Source: Christensenellaceae bacterium (lineage in GTDB: Bacteria > Bacillota > Clostridia > Christensenellales > CAG-138). From it: 64,000 nucleotides of DNA. Below, piece after piece: positions 1-8,959 of this stretch; the stretch's first letter is position 1; each line of letters begins with the position of its first letter. The stretch is taken from assembly GCA_031261085.1 (NCBI GenBank), contig JAISKB010000022.1:18310-82309 (forward strand). Reading direction: 5' to 3'. Both the position numbers and the translations under genes were made by a program. The notes below the pieces were generated by a model. The model ran no database searches and was not told the origin of the DNA. It saw only the letters and a list, made by a program, of their open reading frames with translations.

Positions 1-323
1 ATAACCATGCCCGGTGTGCAGAAGCCGCACTGCACCGCGCCTGAATCTATAAATGCCTGCTGTATGCGGTGCAGCTTCGCGCCTTCGGCAACACCCTCTA
101 TGGAGGTGATGCGGGCGCCCTCGGCTTTGCGCACCTGCACAAGGCAGGCGTTGATGGCCTCGCCCTCAAAGATGATTTTGCACGCGCCGCAATCACCGGT
201 GCTGCAGCCGCACTTCGTGCCGGTGAGTCCCAGCACATCGCGCAGCACGCGAAGCATCGTCCAGTTTGGCTCGGCATATACGGTGACAGCATCCTCGTTG
301 AGAATGAAGTGAAATTCTTGCAT
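1..323 (-). CDS. [2Fe-2S] domain/subunit of a xanthine dehydrogenase-family molybdoenzyme (5' part; runs off the left edge; absent from ORF track)
   Basis: Manual translation from ATG at 323: MQEFHFILNEDAVTVYAEPNWTMLRVLRDVLGLTGTKCGCSTGDCGAC...QCGFCTPG, the CoxS/XdhC Cys motifs; GAGGT RBS upstream. Confidence 0.9.
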   Translation of the reverse strand, partial: MQEFHFILNEDAVTVYAEPNWTMLRVLRDVLGLTGTKCGCSTGDCGACKIIFEGEAINACLVQVRKAEGARITSIEGVAEGAKLHRIQQAFIDSGAVQCGFCTPGMV

Positions 324-409
324 GTGGATTACCTCGTTTGCAGATATCATTGTGCTCGATGCACGTTCTTATTTTAAAGGCACTTGTAAAAAACGGCAAG
401 TACCGCATT

Positions 410-1978
410 CTATCCGGCGCCGCGCAATGCGCCCGCCATCATAAGGCCCAGCGTGTCGGTCTTCACCTCCGCAGCCGGCATCTGACCCACTACTTCCCCC
501 TCATATAGCACGGCCACACGGTCGCTCAACGCCAGTATCTCTTCTATTTCGGTGGATATCAGCAGCACGGCGCAGCCTCGGTCGCGCGCTTCGATGATGC
601 GGTTGTGTACATATGCCGTGGCGCCAAAGTCCAGCCCGCGGGATGGATGCATGGCGATGAGCAGGGAAGGCGCTTTGGACAGCTCCCGCGCCAAAACGAT
701 TTTTTGTTGATTGCCACCCGAAAGGTTCTGCATAAGCGCGTCACGATCGGGCGCTTTCACCTGGTAGCTTGCCATGGCTTCATCGGTAAGGCGATCTATA
801 AGCTTCCAATCCAGCAGGTGCTTATGAGACATAGGCGCTTTATAATAGTTCATCAATATAAAGTTTTCGCGTATGTTCATGGATAGCACCACGCCGCGGC
901 GATGCCTATCCTCGGGGATATGACCCACCCCCTGCTCCAAAAAAGCACGCGCGGATTTGCCGGCCATATCCACGCCGTTTATGCGCACCTTGCCGGATTC
1001 GGGCGTGAGCAAACCGCATATCGCATCCGCCAGTTCGGATTGTCCGTTGCCATCCACACCCGCGATGCCCAGGATTTCACCGCCCGCCAACGAGAGGGAA
1101 AGGTCTTTTAGCGCCATAAGCCCGCGCGTGTTACGGCAGCAAAGCTTTGTGCATTCCAACACGGTTTCATGCAGGGAGGCAGGTTTTTTCTCTATGGCGC
1201 TCAATTCCTCGCCGCCCATCATCAGGCGGGCCAACGTTTGCTGGCAGGTATCGCACACATGTATCGTGCTCGTTATTTCACCCAGCCGCAATATAGAAAC
1301 CCTGTCGCATATGGCCATAATCTCGTTCAGCTTATGGCTTATAAATATCACCGTGTGATTTGCCTCGGTGAGGCGGCGAATCATGTTAAACAGCTCTTCG
1401 GTTTCTTGTGGGGTAAGCACGGCGGTGGGCTCATCGAGTATGAGAAGGTCGGCGCCCTTGTAGAGCGCCTTGAGTATCTCGAGGCGCTGCTGTTGGCCGA
1501 CCGATAGCTGCCAAACCTTCGCCCAAGGATCCAAGGACATATTGTAGGCCTTGGCAAGCGCTTCGATTTTTTTGGCGGCTTCGTTTAGGTTTAGCCTGCC
1601 TTGCCGGCCGCAGTTCATACCGAGCACTACGTTTTCGACCACGCTTAAAGCGGGTATGAGCATGAAGTGCTGGTGCACCATGCCGATGCCTAAAGCAATG
1701 GCATCCTTTGGGCTTTGAATATCCACCGCCTGCCCTTTCCAATATATCTTGCCAGCGGTAGGCGGATAGAGCCCGTAAAGGATGTTCATCAATGTGGATT
1801 TACCGGCCCCGTTTTCTCCCAACAGGGCATGCACCTCGCCCTGGCAAATTTGCAGGTTTATGTTGTGGTTGGCGCGCACGCCGGCAAAGTATTTGCTTAT
1901 GTGGCGCATTTCAAGCAGCGGCGGAGTCGTTTGCTTTTGCGTGAGCGCCTGGTTGTCCATCTGCTTTTTATTTGCCAT
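410..1978 (-). CDS. ABC transporter ATP-binding protein, two-domain nucleoside/sugar (YufO/NupA-like) type
   Basis: Walker A GENGAGKST, LSVGQQQ, DEPT, second cassette LSGGNQQK; next to permeases and a BMP protein. Confidence 0.93.
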   Translation of the reverse strand: MANKKQMDNQALTQKQTTPPLLEMRHISKYFAGVRANHNINLQICQGEVHALLGENGAGKSTLMNILYGLYPPTAGKIYWKGQAVDIQSPKDAIALGIGMVHQHFMLIPALSVVENVVLGMNCGRQGRLNLNEAAKKIEALAKAYNMSLDPWAKVWQLSVGQQQRLEILKALYKGADLLILDEPTAVLTPQETEELFNMIRRLTEANHTVIFISHKLNEIMAICDRVSILRLGEITSTIHVCDTCQQTLARLMMGGEELSAIEKKPASLHETVLECTKLCCRNTRGLMALKDLSLSLAGGEILGIAGVDGNGQSELADAICGLLTPESGKVRINGVDMAGKSARAFLEQGVGHIPEDRHRRGVVLSMNIRENFILMNYYKAPMSHKHLLDWKLIDRLTDEAMASYQVKAPDRDALMQNLSGGNQQKIVLARELSKAPSLLIAMHPSRGLDFGATAYVHNRIIEARDRGCAVLLISTEIEEILALSDRVAVLYEGEVVGQMPAAEVKTDTLGLMMAGALRGAG

Positions 1979-2026
1979 TACTCCATCATCTCCTTAACCC
2001 AAATGCAGGGTCGCGTTTCAAAAATA

Positions 2027-2959
2027 TCATTCTTTTATATAGGGGATGCCGCTGGCGGCCGGGCCTTTATTGCGCCCCACAAAGCCGGCCAGCGTCAATA
2101 TGGTAAGTATGTAGGGCGCCATCAGTATAAACTGATAGGGTATGCCCGTGCCCAGCGCCTGCAGGCGGGATTCCAGCGAAAGCCCGGCGCCAAATAACAG
2201 CGCGGCGCCCAGCACCCCATAGGGCGTATATTTGCCAAAAACCACGGCTGCCAACGCGATGAATCCGCGGCCGGCGGTCATAGATTCCATAAAAAAGCTG
2301 AGAACACCCAGCGAAAGATAGGCGCCGGCGGCGCCGCCGAGCAGGCCGCTGAAAAGAATGGTGCCATAACGCACGCGCACCACGTCGATGCCCACGGTAT
2401 CACACGCCTTGGGATATTCGCCCACGGCGCGTATCTTTAGGCCGATTTCGGTGTGGAACAGGAAATATTGCGAAAGCGGCGCGATGAACAGCGCCAGGTA
2501 TACCAATATGTTCTGCGAAAAAATGGTGGATAGTATCTCGCCCAGCCAAGATATGCGCGCAAGCGCATCCGGGAAAGGCAGCACATGAAACGAAGGTATG
2601 GCGGGCGGCGTGGCGTTCATGCCAAACACGATGCGGTTTACCGTGGTGGTTAAGCCAGCGGCCAGGATGTTGATGCCAGCGCCCACCACGATTTGATCGG
2701 CATGCAGGGAAACCGTGAGCAATGCGAATATGGCGGCCACCAGCAGCCCGGCGAGCATCGCAGCCAGCAGGCCAAGCCAGGCGCTGTTGAGATAGAGCGC
2801 GCCAACGACGCCGGCCAAAGCGCCAAAGAGCATAATGCCTTCCGCGCCGATGTTAACCACGCCTGCTCGCTCGCTGAAGAGAAAACCCATGCCCGCAATA
2901 AGAATGGGCATGGCCATGCGTAAATCAGCGGCCAAAAAGTTACAAATTTGCGATAACAA
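2027..2959 (-). CDS. ABC transporter permease (BPD_transp_2, YufQ-like)
   Basis: SERAGVVNIGAEG, GRGFIALAAV, PYILT motifs; hydrophobic. Confidence 0.92.
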   Translation of the reverse strand: MLSQICNFLAADLRMAMPILIAGMGFLFSERAGVVNIGAEGIMLFGALAGVVGALYLNSAWLGLLAAMLAGLLVAAIFALLTVSLHADQIVVGAGINILAAGLTTTVNRIVFGMNATPPAIPSFHVLPFPDALARISWLGEILSTIFSQNILVYLALFIAPLSQYFLFHTEIGLKIRAVGEYPKACDTVGIDVVRVRYGTILFSGLLGGAAGAYLSLGVLSFFMESMTAGRGFIALAAVVFGKYTPYGVLGAALLFGAGLSLESRLQALGTGIPYQFILMAPYILTILTLAGFVGRNKGPAASGIPYIKE

Positions 2960-3001
2960 GCTGTGTTCAGCTCCCTTCTAAACGCTGTGTTGGGGGTTGG
3001 G

Positions 3002-4162
3002 TTACGGTATCTCCGAAGGAGCGTTGGGTTCTTCGGGAGCGCTGTCGCGGCGAGCGGCCCGCGCAATGGCGCGACGGCGCGCTATTAAAAACACGATATT
3101 GCTCGCTGCAACAAATAAAACTACCAGAGCCTGCAATATGTTCACGATGGATACGGGAACCTTGGAGAGCATCTGCATGAGGTTCGCGCCGCTTCGCACG
3201 ATGCCAAACAGCGCCGCGGCAAAAAATATACCCAAAGGCGTGTTGTGCCCCAGCAGCGCCACGGCTATGCCATCAAAACCGGCGCCGTTGGAGAAGTTGG
3301 GCATGAGCCGCCATTGTATGCCTAGAATATCTGTGGCGCCGGCCAACCCGGCACAACCGCCGGCTAAAAACATGCAAAGCAATACGCTCGAAGAAGGTTT
3401 CATGCCTGCATACGAAGCGGCTTCAGGGTTTGCACCCACCACGCGGGTTTCGTAACCATGTGTTGTCTTCCAAAGGAAAAAATAAAATAAAACCAAACAC
3501 AGCAGCGCGATAAAAATGCCGATGTGCAAGCGCGTACCCGGCAAAAACCGTGTGAGCTGGGAAGATTCGACAATGGGTCTGCTTTGAGGGAAGGTGCCCG
3601 GCGGTTCTTCAAGCGGGCCGCTCACCAGATAATTGATGAGGTATTGGGCAACGTAGTTGAGCATAATCGTCGTGATGACCTCGCTGGAGCCAAACCGCAC
3701 CTTCAGCCAGCCGGATAAAAAGCCCCACAAGCCGCCGCCTACAAAACCGGCCAATACGGCAAAAAGCTGATGGAGCGGGGCGGGGAGGTTGGGAATATAG
3801 ATGCCTACCAGCGCAGCCGTGAGGCCGCCAATATACAGCTGGCCCTCGGCGCCGATGTTTACGAGGCCGCAGCGTGCGGCCAAAGCGTAGGCCAGCCCGG
3901 TGAAGATGAGGGGGCCCATTTTGAGGAGGGATTCGGCGATGGCGTTTTTGCTGCCCAAAGACCCCTCTATCATGTTTTTGGCGGCGGAAATCACATCGAG
4001 CCCGCAAAGGTGTATGATTACGCCGCTCACCACGAATGCTAATAAAACGGAAGCCACAGGAATCCACGAAGACGAGCCCTGCTGCAAAAGCTTTTTAATC
4101 CGTTGTGTGTTCATTCTTACCCGTGCTTTCTGCGCACTGTCCTCGCGTTTGTTTGTGCGCAA
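3002..4162 (-). CDS. ABC transporter permease (YufP-like); true start may be ATG 4114
   Basis: NIGAEGQ, EVITTIMLNY, GFDGIAVALLG motifs. Confidence 0.9.
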   Translation of the reverse strand: MRTNKREDSAQKARVRMNTQRIKKLLQQGSSSWIPVASVLLAFVVSGVIIHLCGLDVISAAKNMIEGSLGSKNAIAESLLKMGPLIFTGLAYALAARCGLVNIGAEGQLYIGGLTAALVGIYIPNLPAPLHQLFAVLAGFVGGGLWGFLSGWLKVRFGSSEVITTIMLNYVAQYLINYLVSGPLEEPPGTFPQSRPIVESSQLTRFLPGTRLHIGIFIALLCLVLFYFFLWKTTHGYETRVVGANPEAASYAGMKPSSSVLLCMFLAGGCAGLAGATDILGIQWRLMPNFSNGAGFDGIAVALLGHNTPLGIFFAAALFGIVRSGANLMQMLSKVPVSIVNILQALVVLFVAASNIVFLIARRRAIARAARRDSAPEEPNAPSEIP

Positions 4163-4291
4163 TCATATGGAACGATCATTGGCATGAATAGCGTACAGCG
4201 ATATAAAAGCGAATGCAAGGGCCGGTTTACCGTGCCAGCAAAACCAGCCCTCGACATTTTATTTACGCTTGTATCTCCGTGTCGTTAAATA

Positions 4292-5329
4292 CTATCGCTG
4301 CACGGCGGCGATAAGCGCCTCTACATCTATTTCGCCGTTAACGATTGCCTGTATCGTGTCTTCTACCAGCTGCACCTTGGCGGGGTCCAGGCTGGGCTTT
4401 AAGGCTTCGTTCCAAAGGACGCCGGTCGCGCCTTCTTTTGTGGCCAGCAGATAGTATTTGGCCTCAAATGTGCCCTGCAGCGCCTCGTTTATAACGAACT
4501 TTATGCCCACAGACAGATCATACTTCGAGCTGGCAACAACGGTTTCGGGGGCTACTTCCGCCTGATCGCCTGCAAAGCCGATGGCCGTCTTCCCCTTTTC
4601 TTTGGCGCCTTCGATAACGCCCAGGCCCGCCTGGTTGGCATTGCCCAACACGACATCGCATCCGTTTTCGATGTAGCTGATGGCCACCTCTTTGGCTTTG
4701 GCAACATCATCCCAGCTGCCTATCAGGGTATCCTGAGGCTCTACGGCTTCGTTCACCAGCCTGGAACCCGCAACGAAGCCATCAGCCGCATCGGTGATGG
4801 GGGGCATTTCTTCGCCGCCTATGTAGGCAATTTTATTGGTTTCCGTGAAAGCGCCTGCCAAAACGCCGCCGATGAAGCCAGCTTCTTTATTGGATACCTC
4901 AAGCGCGGCCAGATTCGGCTCCACCGCGACGCTGGAGCTCGTAACCACAAACTTAATATTGGGGAAATCCTTGGCTACCTTGGTGACGGCATCGTTGAAT
5001 TCGTAGCCGTGCGCGATGATCATGTCGTAACCTTGGTTTGCGAAATTGCGCAGCACTTCTTCTTGAGCCTGCGCCGATACGTTTTCGACACAATCGCCCG
5101 AAACGCCCAAATCAGCGATGGCCGCTTGCAGCCCCTGATAGGCTACGGCATTCCATCCGCTGTCATTGGTGGGGCCGGATACCAACAAGCCCACCTTAAA
5201 CCCCTGAGCGGCTTCGGGTTGCTGTGCGGTGTCGGCCGGGGCGGAAGGTGCAGCGGCAGGGGCGCAAGCCGCCAACACAAACAACAGGGAAAGGATCACT
5301 GCGAGGATGGTACTTAGTTTCTTCATCAT
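4292..5329 (-). CDS. BMP/PnrA-family substrate-binding lipoprotein (purine/nucleoside-like ligand)
   Basis: Lipobox LAAC, Ala/Pro linker, NDSGWN, GYDMIIAHG; BMP fold. Confidence 0.9.
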   Translation of the reverse strand: MMKKLSTILAVILSLLFVLAACAPAAAPSAPADTAQQPEAAQGFKVGLLVSGPTNDSGWNAVAYQGLQAAIADLGVSGDCVENVSAQAQEEVLRNFANQGYDMIIAHGYEFNDAVTKVAKDFPNIKFVVTSSSVAVEPNLAALEVSNKEAGFIGGVLAGAFTETNKIAYIGGEEMPPITDAADGFVAGSRLVNEAVEPQDTLIGSWDDVAKAKEVAISYIENGCDVVLGNANQAGLGVIEGAKEKGKTAIGFAGDQAEVAPETVVASSKYDLSVGIKFVINEALQGTFEAKYYLLATKEGATGVLWNEALKPSLDPAKVQLVEDTIQAIVNGEIDVEALIAAVQR

Positions 5330-5426
5330 GATTTTTCCTCTTTCATTATGGTTATATTTTACCCCGCACAAAGGGGAGTAAACCGTTTGAAAACCCAGTT
5401 TGAGAACCCAATGGAACAGTAAATGG

Positions 5427-6107
5427 CTATAGGTCTTTGTAGTGGTCTTTAAACCAAAGGTCCTCGCGCTTAAACTCGATGCCCTGCTCCTTGAGATAAT
5501 GGCGGCCGGCCTTTAAGATGAGCGCCGCTTCGGCAACGCGCCGGCCAAGCCCTACCACCTTTTCCATGCCAATCAGGTCTTCCTTGGCGCCTTCTTCTTT
5601 GCGGTCTTGGCTCCACACAGAAGCGCCGCAATAGTTACCGCCGGGGCCGCCGGTTTCCAATATCTCATAAGTTAAGAAGCAATTGCGCAAGGTGAGAAGG
5701 CACATTTCCTGCCCGCCGTGGCGCGTGCCGCCGGTGGTGAGCGCGCCGCCCACCCGGTTTGCCAGCAAACCCGGATGCACCAGATATGTGGGGCGTAAAC
5801 GGCTGAAGAAATCTTGAATGAGCGGCGTAGAATTCATCTGATAGACGGGGCTGCCCACCACATAGCCGTCCGCCGCGTGGAATTTTTCCTGTACCTCTTG
5901 GAAATCATCTTTGATGGCGCACAGGGTTCCATCCTTCACGCACTTGTTGCAGTGGATGCAGTGCCCGATCTTCTTACCCCTAAGGGTAACGAATTCCGTT
6001 GTAACGCCCGGCACCTGCGCCGCTGCATTCAGCGCTTCTTGCACACAGTACTCTGTGGCGCCTTTGCGATGGCTGCCGCTGATACCCAAAATCTTCACAT
6101 CAATCAT
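5427..6107 (-). CDS. Iron-sulfur flavoprotein (Isf / FMN_red flavodoxin-like)
   Basis: GISGSHR, CxxCxxC-x6-C, GSPVY, GGQE motifs. Confidence 0.88.
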   Translation of the reverse strand: MIDVKILGISGSHRKGATEYCVQEALNAAAQVPGVTTEFVTLRGKKIGHCIHCNKCVKDGTLCAIKDDFQEVQEKFHAADGYVVGSPVYQMNSTPLIQDFFSRLRPTYLVHPGLLANRVGGALTTGGTRHGGQEMCLLTLRNCFLTYEILETGGPGGNYCGASVWSQDRKEEGAKEDLIGMEKVVGLGRRVAEAALILKAGRHYLKEQGIEFKREDLWFKDHYKDL

Positions 6108-6158
6108 GTTGTTGTGCTCCTTTTTTATTGTACGCTTGCGCGCATTTGTTTTTAATAC

Positions 6159-6205
6159 ATGTCTTCATTATGTCTTCATTGCCGTGCTCATAACCGTGCT
6201 CATAA
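6159..6205. repeat. Two adjacent tandem duplications (ATGTCTTCATT x2; CCGTGCTCATAA x2) in the predicted 5' leader of the isf/ABC operon
   Basis: Read directly: 6159-6169/6170-6180 and 6182-6193/6194-6205. Confidence 0.85.
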
Positions 6206-6247
6206 TAGGATTAGTCTTCTAGAGAGTGAATCACTTTATTATAATAT

Positions 6248-6276
6248 AGTCTACATATGAATATATCTTTTGTCAA
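6248..6276 (-). promoter_or_regulatory. Sigma-A promoter for the isf-BMP-ABC operon
   Basis: Minus strand TTGACA (6276-6271), 17 nt spacer, TAGACT (6253-6248). Confidence 0.7.
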
Positions 6277-6543
6277 GATGGTTCATCTTGGTTGTTCCAC
6301 AATCCGCAGCCTTGCCCCGGCGCCGATATGCTGCCGCCGCCATCGCTATTTAACGACATTCCCTGCAGCAGAACGATGCTTTTTACAGAAAAAGCCATGG
6401 CGTATATGCAAATATTACAAATCACACCGCTGCTTGCAAAATGCAGGAACACCAAGAAGGATGTGTAAAATTTGCCGCGCTGTCAGCGGCAGCGCTTGGG
6501 GGCCGCCCTGCTAAGGCGTACCCCAAAGCGTGCAAATGCTTGC

Positions 6544-7773
6544 TTATTTAATGATTTTGCTCACATACAGCGGCAGGGCGGCGTAGAACCGTATGGCTTT
6601 TAGCAGATCCGCCACCGGCAGGCTATCGTTATAAGAATGGCACAGGGCGCCATCGCCGGGGCCAAAGCCCATGGCGGGTATGCCTTGGCGGCCGCACAGG
6701 GAGGTGGCATTGGTGCTGAAATCCCAGCGGCCCACGGTGGGCGCTTCACCGAAAGAATCCTCATAAGCGCGTATGCCGGCCTGTATGAACGGATGCTCCT
6801 CGGGCATCACCCACGAGGGGAAATAGTCCACGCATTTTATGTTATAGCCGGTATAGGTGGTCACTTCTTCGGTATCGATATCCGCCTTCACACCGGGTAT
6901 ATCCGCAAAGAACTGCCGCGCTTCCTGCAGCAGCTCCTCTATGCTTTCACTGCGCGAAATGCGGCGATCGCAGGTGATGACGGCCTCGCCGGGTATGGTG
7001 TTGAGCGAAGGCGTTTTGGGGTTGACGTGGGTTACTTCTATGGTGCCTTTACCCAAGAATTCATCTTCTTCGAAAGCTTGATATTCGTGTATGCGCTGCA
7101 TGATGGGCAGGGCTTTCACCAGCGCGTTGTCGCCGCGCCAGGCAGCGCTTGCGTGGGCGGCTTTGCCAGGCACAGTGATGCGCAGCAGCGCGCGCCCCTT
7201 GTGCCCGCGCACGATGCGCCCCTCGCTGCTTTCGGCCACCAGCACATACGCAGGCTTAATATCCGGCATTTCTTTAAGCATGGCCTCCACGCAGCTGCCC
7301 TCTACATCTTCTTCGGATATGGAGCCCGACACCCACAGCGTGAAGCCCTTATCAAGCCCCAGCGCCTTAATCGCCTTGCCCGCATAGGCGATGCCGGCCA
7401 GGCAGCCTTTGTCATCCACCGCGCCGCGGCCGTGTATCACCCCGTCCTTCACCTCTCCGCCAAAGGGCGCAAACCCGCCCCACTCGCTTTCGTCGCCGGG
7501 AGCCACGGTATCTATATGCGCGTCATAAAGCAGCGTAATCGGCCCGCTGCCCACGCGCCCCAGCACGTTACCCACCGGATCCACGCGCACCTCGTCATAG
7601 CCGAATTCGCGCATTTTGTCAGCCAAGAAGCTGACGGCGGCGCCTTCTTGATAGGTGACGCTGGGAATGGCGATGAAATCTGCCAAAAATTGGGTGATTT
7701 CCTTTTGGTTGCCAGCGATGTAATCGGCGATTTGATCAACGGCGGCCTTGCATGTAACATTTTTCTCTTCCAC
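6544..7773 (-). CDS. ygeY: YgeY-family M20 metallo-hydrolase
   Basis: DAHIDTV, GRGAVDDKG, EEDVEG, GHKGR, WDFSTN, GFGPG; divergent from the YgeW-like gene. Confidence 0.8.
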   Translation of the reverse strand: MEEKNVTCKAAVDQIADYIAGNQKEITQFLADFIAIPSVTYQEGAAVSFLADKMREFGYDEVRVDPVGNVLGRVGSGPITLLYDAHIDTVAPGDESEWGGFAPFGGEVKDGVIHGRGAVDDKGCLAGIAYAGKAIKALGLDKGFTLWVSGSISEEDVEGSCVEAMLKEMPDIKPAYVLVAESSEGRIVRGHKGRALLRITVPGKAAHASAAWRGDNALVKALPIMQRIHEYQAFEEDEFLGKGTIEVTHVNPKTPSLNTIPGEAVITCDRRISRSESIEELLQEARQFFADIPGVKADIDTEEVTTYTGYNIKCVDYFPSWVMPEEHPFIQAGIRAYEDSFGEAPTVGRWDFSTNATSLCGRQGIPAMGFGPGDGALCHSYNDSLPVADLLKAIRFYAALPLYVSKIIK

Positions 7774-7883
7774 GATAAATTCTCCTTGCTAATATGTTTG
7801 GCTTGTACTACAATAATATCACAAATTGATATAGTAATATAGTGCAATTTATAAAAAACAATAAAAAAGCGGAGGTAATTTTC

Positions 7884-8882
7884 ATGCAGACCGGACTCAA
7901 GGGCAAGCACTTTTTGTGCGAGCAGGATTGGACAAACGAAGAATTGGAAACGCTTATGCTCGTCACCGATGAGCTTAAAAAGCGCTATCTACTCGATTTG
8001 GATACCGATTGGCTCCACAACAAATCATTGTTTATGTTATTCTTCGAAGAATCTACCCGCACCCGCAACGCTTTCGAATGCGGCATCACCCAGCTGGGCG
8101 GCCACGCCAACTATCTCACCCCCAAAGCCACGCAAATTGATCACGGCGAAACCCCGAAAGACACCATCGAGGTGCTCTCACGCATGGGTCATGCCATAGG
8201 CGTGCGCAACTCTTTTGTGGATGGACATAAGTGGATGCGTGAGCTGGCAAAATATTCGAATATCCCCGTATACAACATGCAGTGCGACCTGTGGCATCCC
8301 ACGCAATCCATCGCCGACCTGTATACCATACGCGAAAAGTTCCACAACGAGCTAAAAGGCCGCAAGTTCGTTATTAGCTGGACGAGCGCCGGCAACTATA
8401 TGCGCCCGCTTTCTATGGCGCAGTCTTTGGTGACGCTCATGCCGCGTTTTGGGCTGGACGTAACCCTGGCGCACCCCAAGGGCTTTGAGCTGATGCCCGA
8501 TGTGCTGAAGGTGGCCCGCGAAAACGCCGAAGCATATGGCTCGAAATTCGAAATTGTGAACGATATGGACGAGGCCTGCACCGATGCCGACATCATCTAT
8601 GCCAAGGGCTGGGGCCCCATCATGACCGTGGGTGATGATGAAAAACGCGGCGTGGAGATGATCAACCAAAACCCGGGATGGATTGTGAACCGCGAGCGCA
8701 TCGAGCTTTCGAAGAAGCATTCCATCTACATGCACTGCATGCCTGCCGACCGCGACATAGAGGTGACCAGCGAAGTGATGGATGGCCCGCATAGCGTGCT
8801 TTATGATGAAGCTGAAAACCGCATGCACACCATCAAGGCGCTCATGGCGCTCACCATGGGCAATGTGACTGCCAGAAGATAA
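7884..8882 (+). CDS. YgeW-like (knotted-type) carbamoyltransferase
   Basis: STRT, HPTQ, HCMP, EAENR; loop WTSAGNYMRPLSMAQS resembles YgeW/AOTCase rather than ArgF; RBS GGAGGT before ATG 7884. Confidence 0.8.
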   Translation: MQTGLKGKHFLCEQDWTNEELETLMLVTDELKKRYLLDLDTDWLHNKSLFMLFFEESTRTRNAFECGITQLGGHANYLTPKATQIDHGETPKDTIEVLSRMGHAIGVRNSFVDGHKWMRELAKYSNIPVYNMQCDLWHPTQSIADLYTIREKFHNELKGRKFVISWTSAGNYMRPLSMAQSLVTLMPRFGLDVTLAHPKGFELMPDVLKVARENAEAYGSKFEIVNDMDEACTDADIIYAKGWGPIMTVGDDEKRGVEMINQNPGWIVNRERIELSKKHSIYMHCMPADRDIEVTSEVMDGPHSVLYDEAENRMHTIKALMALTMGNVTARR

Positions 8883-8959
8883 AGGTAATAGAAGATTTTT
8901 TGCGGGGAGGCGCCCGGCGTTCTCCCCGCCACTTCACAAGCGTTTCTAACGGAGGCACT

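Noticed and set aside
6637-7842. 401-aa plus-strand ORF, and similar long antisense ORFs (10184-11350, 36014-37132, 45628-46689)
   Set aside because: Antisense shadows of well-supported genes caused by GC-rich codon usage; no recognisable motifs or RBS
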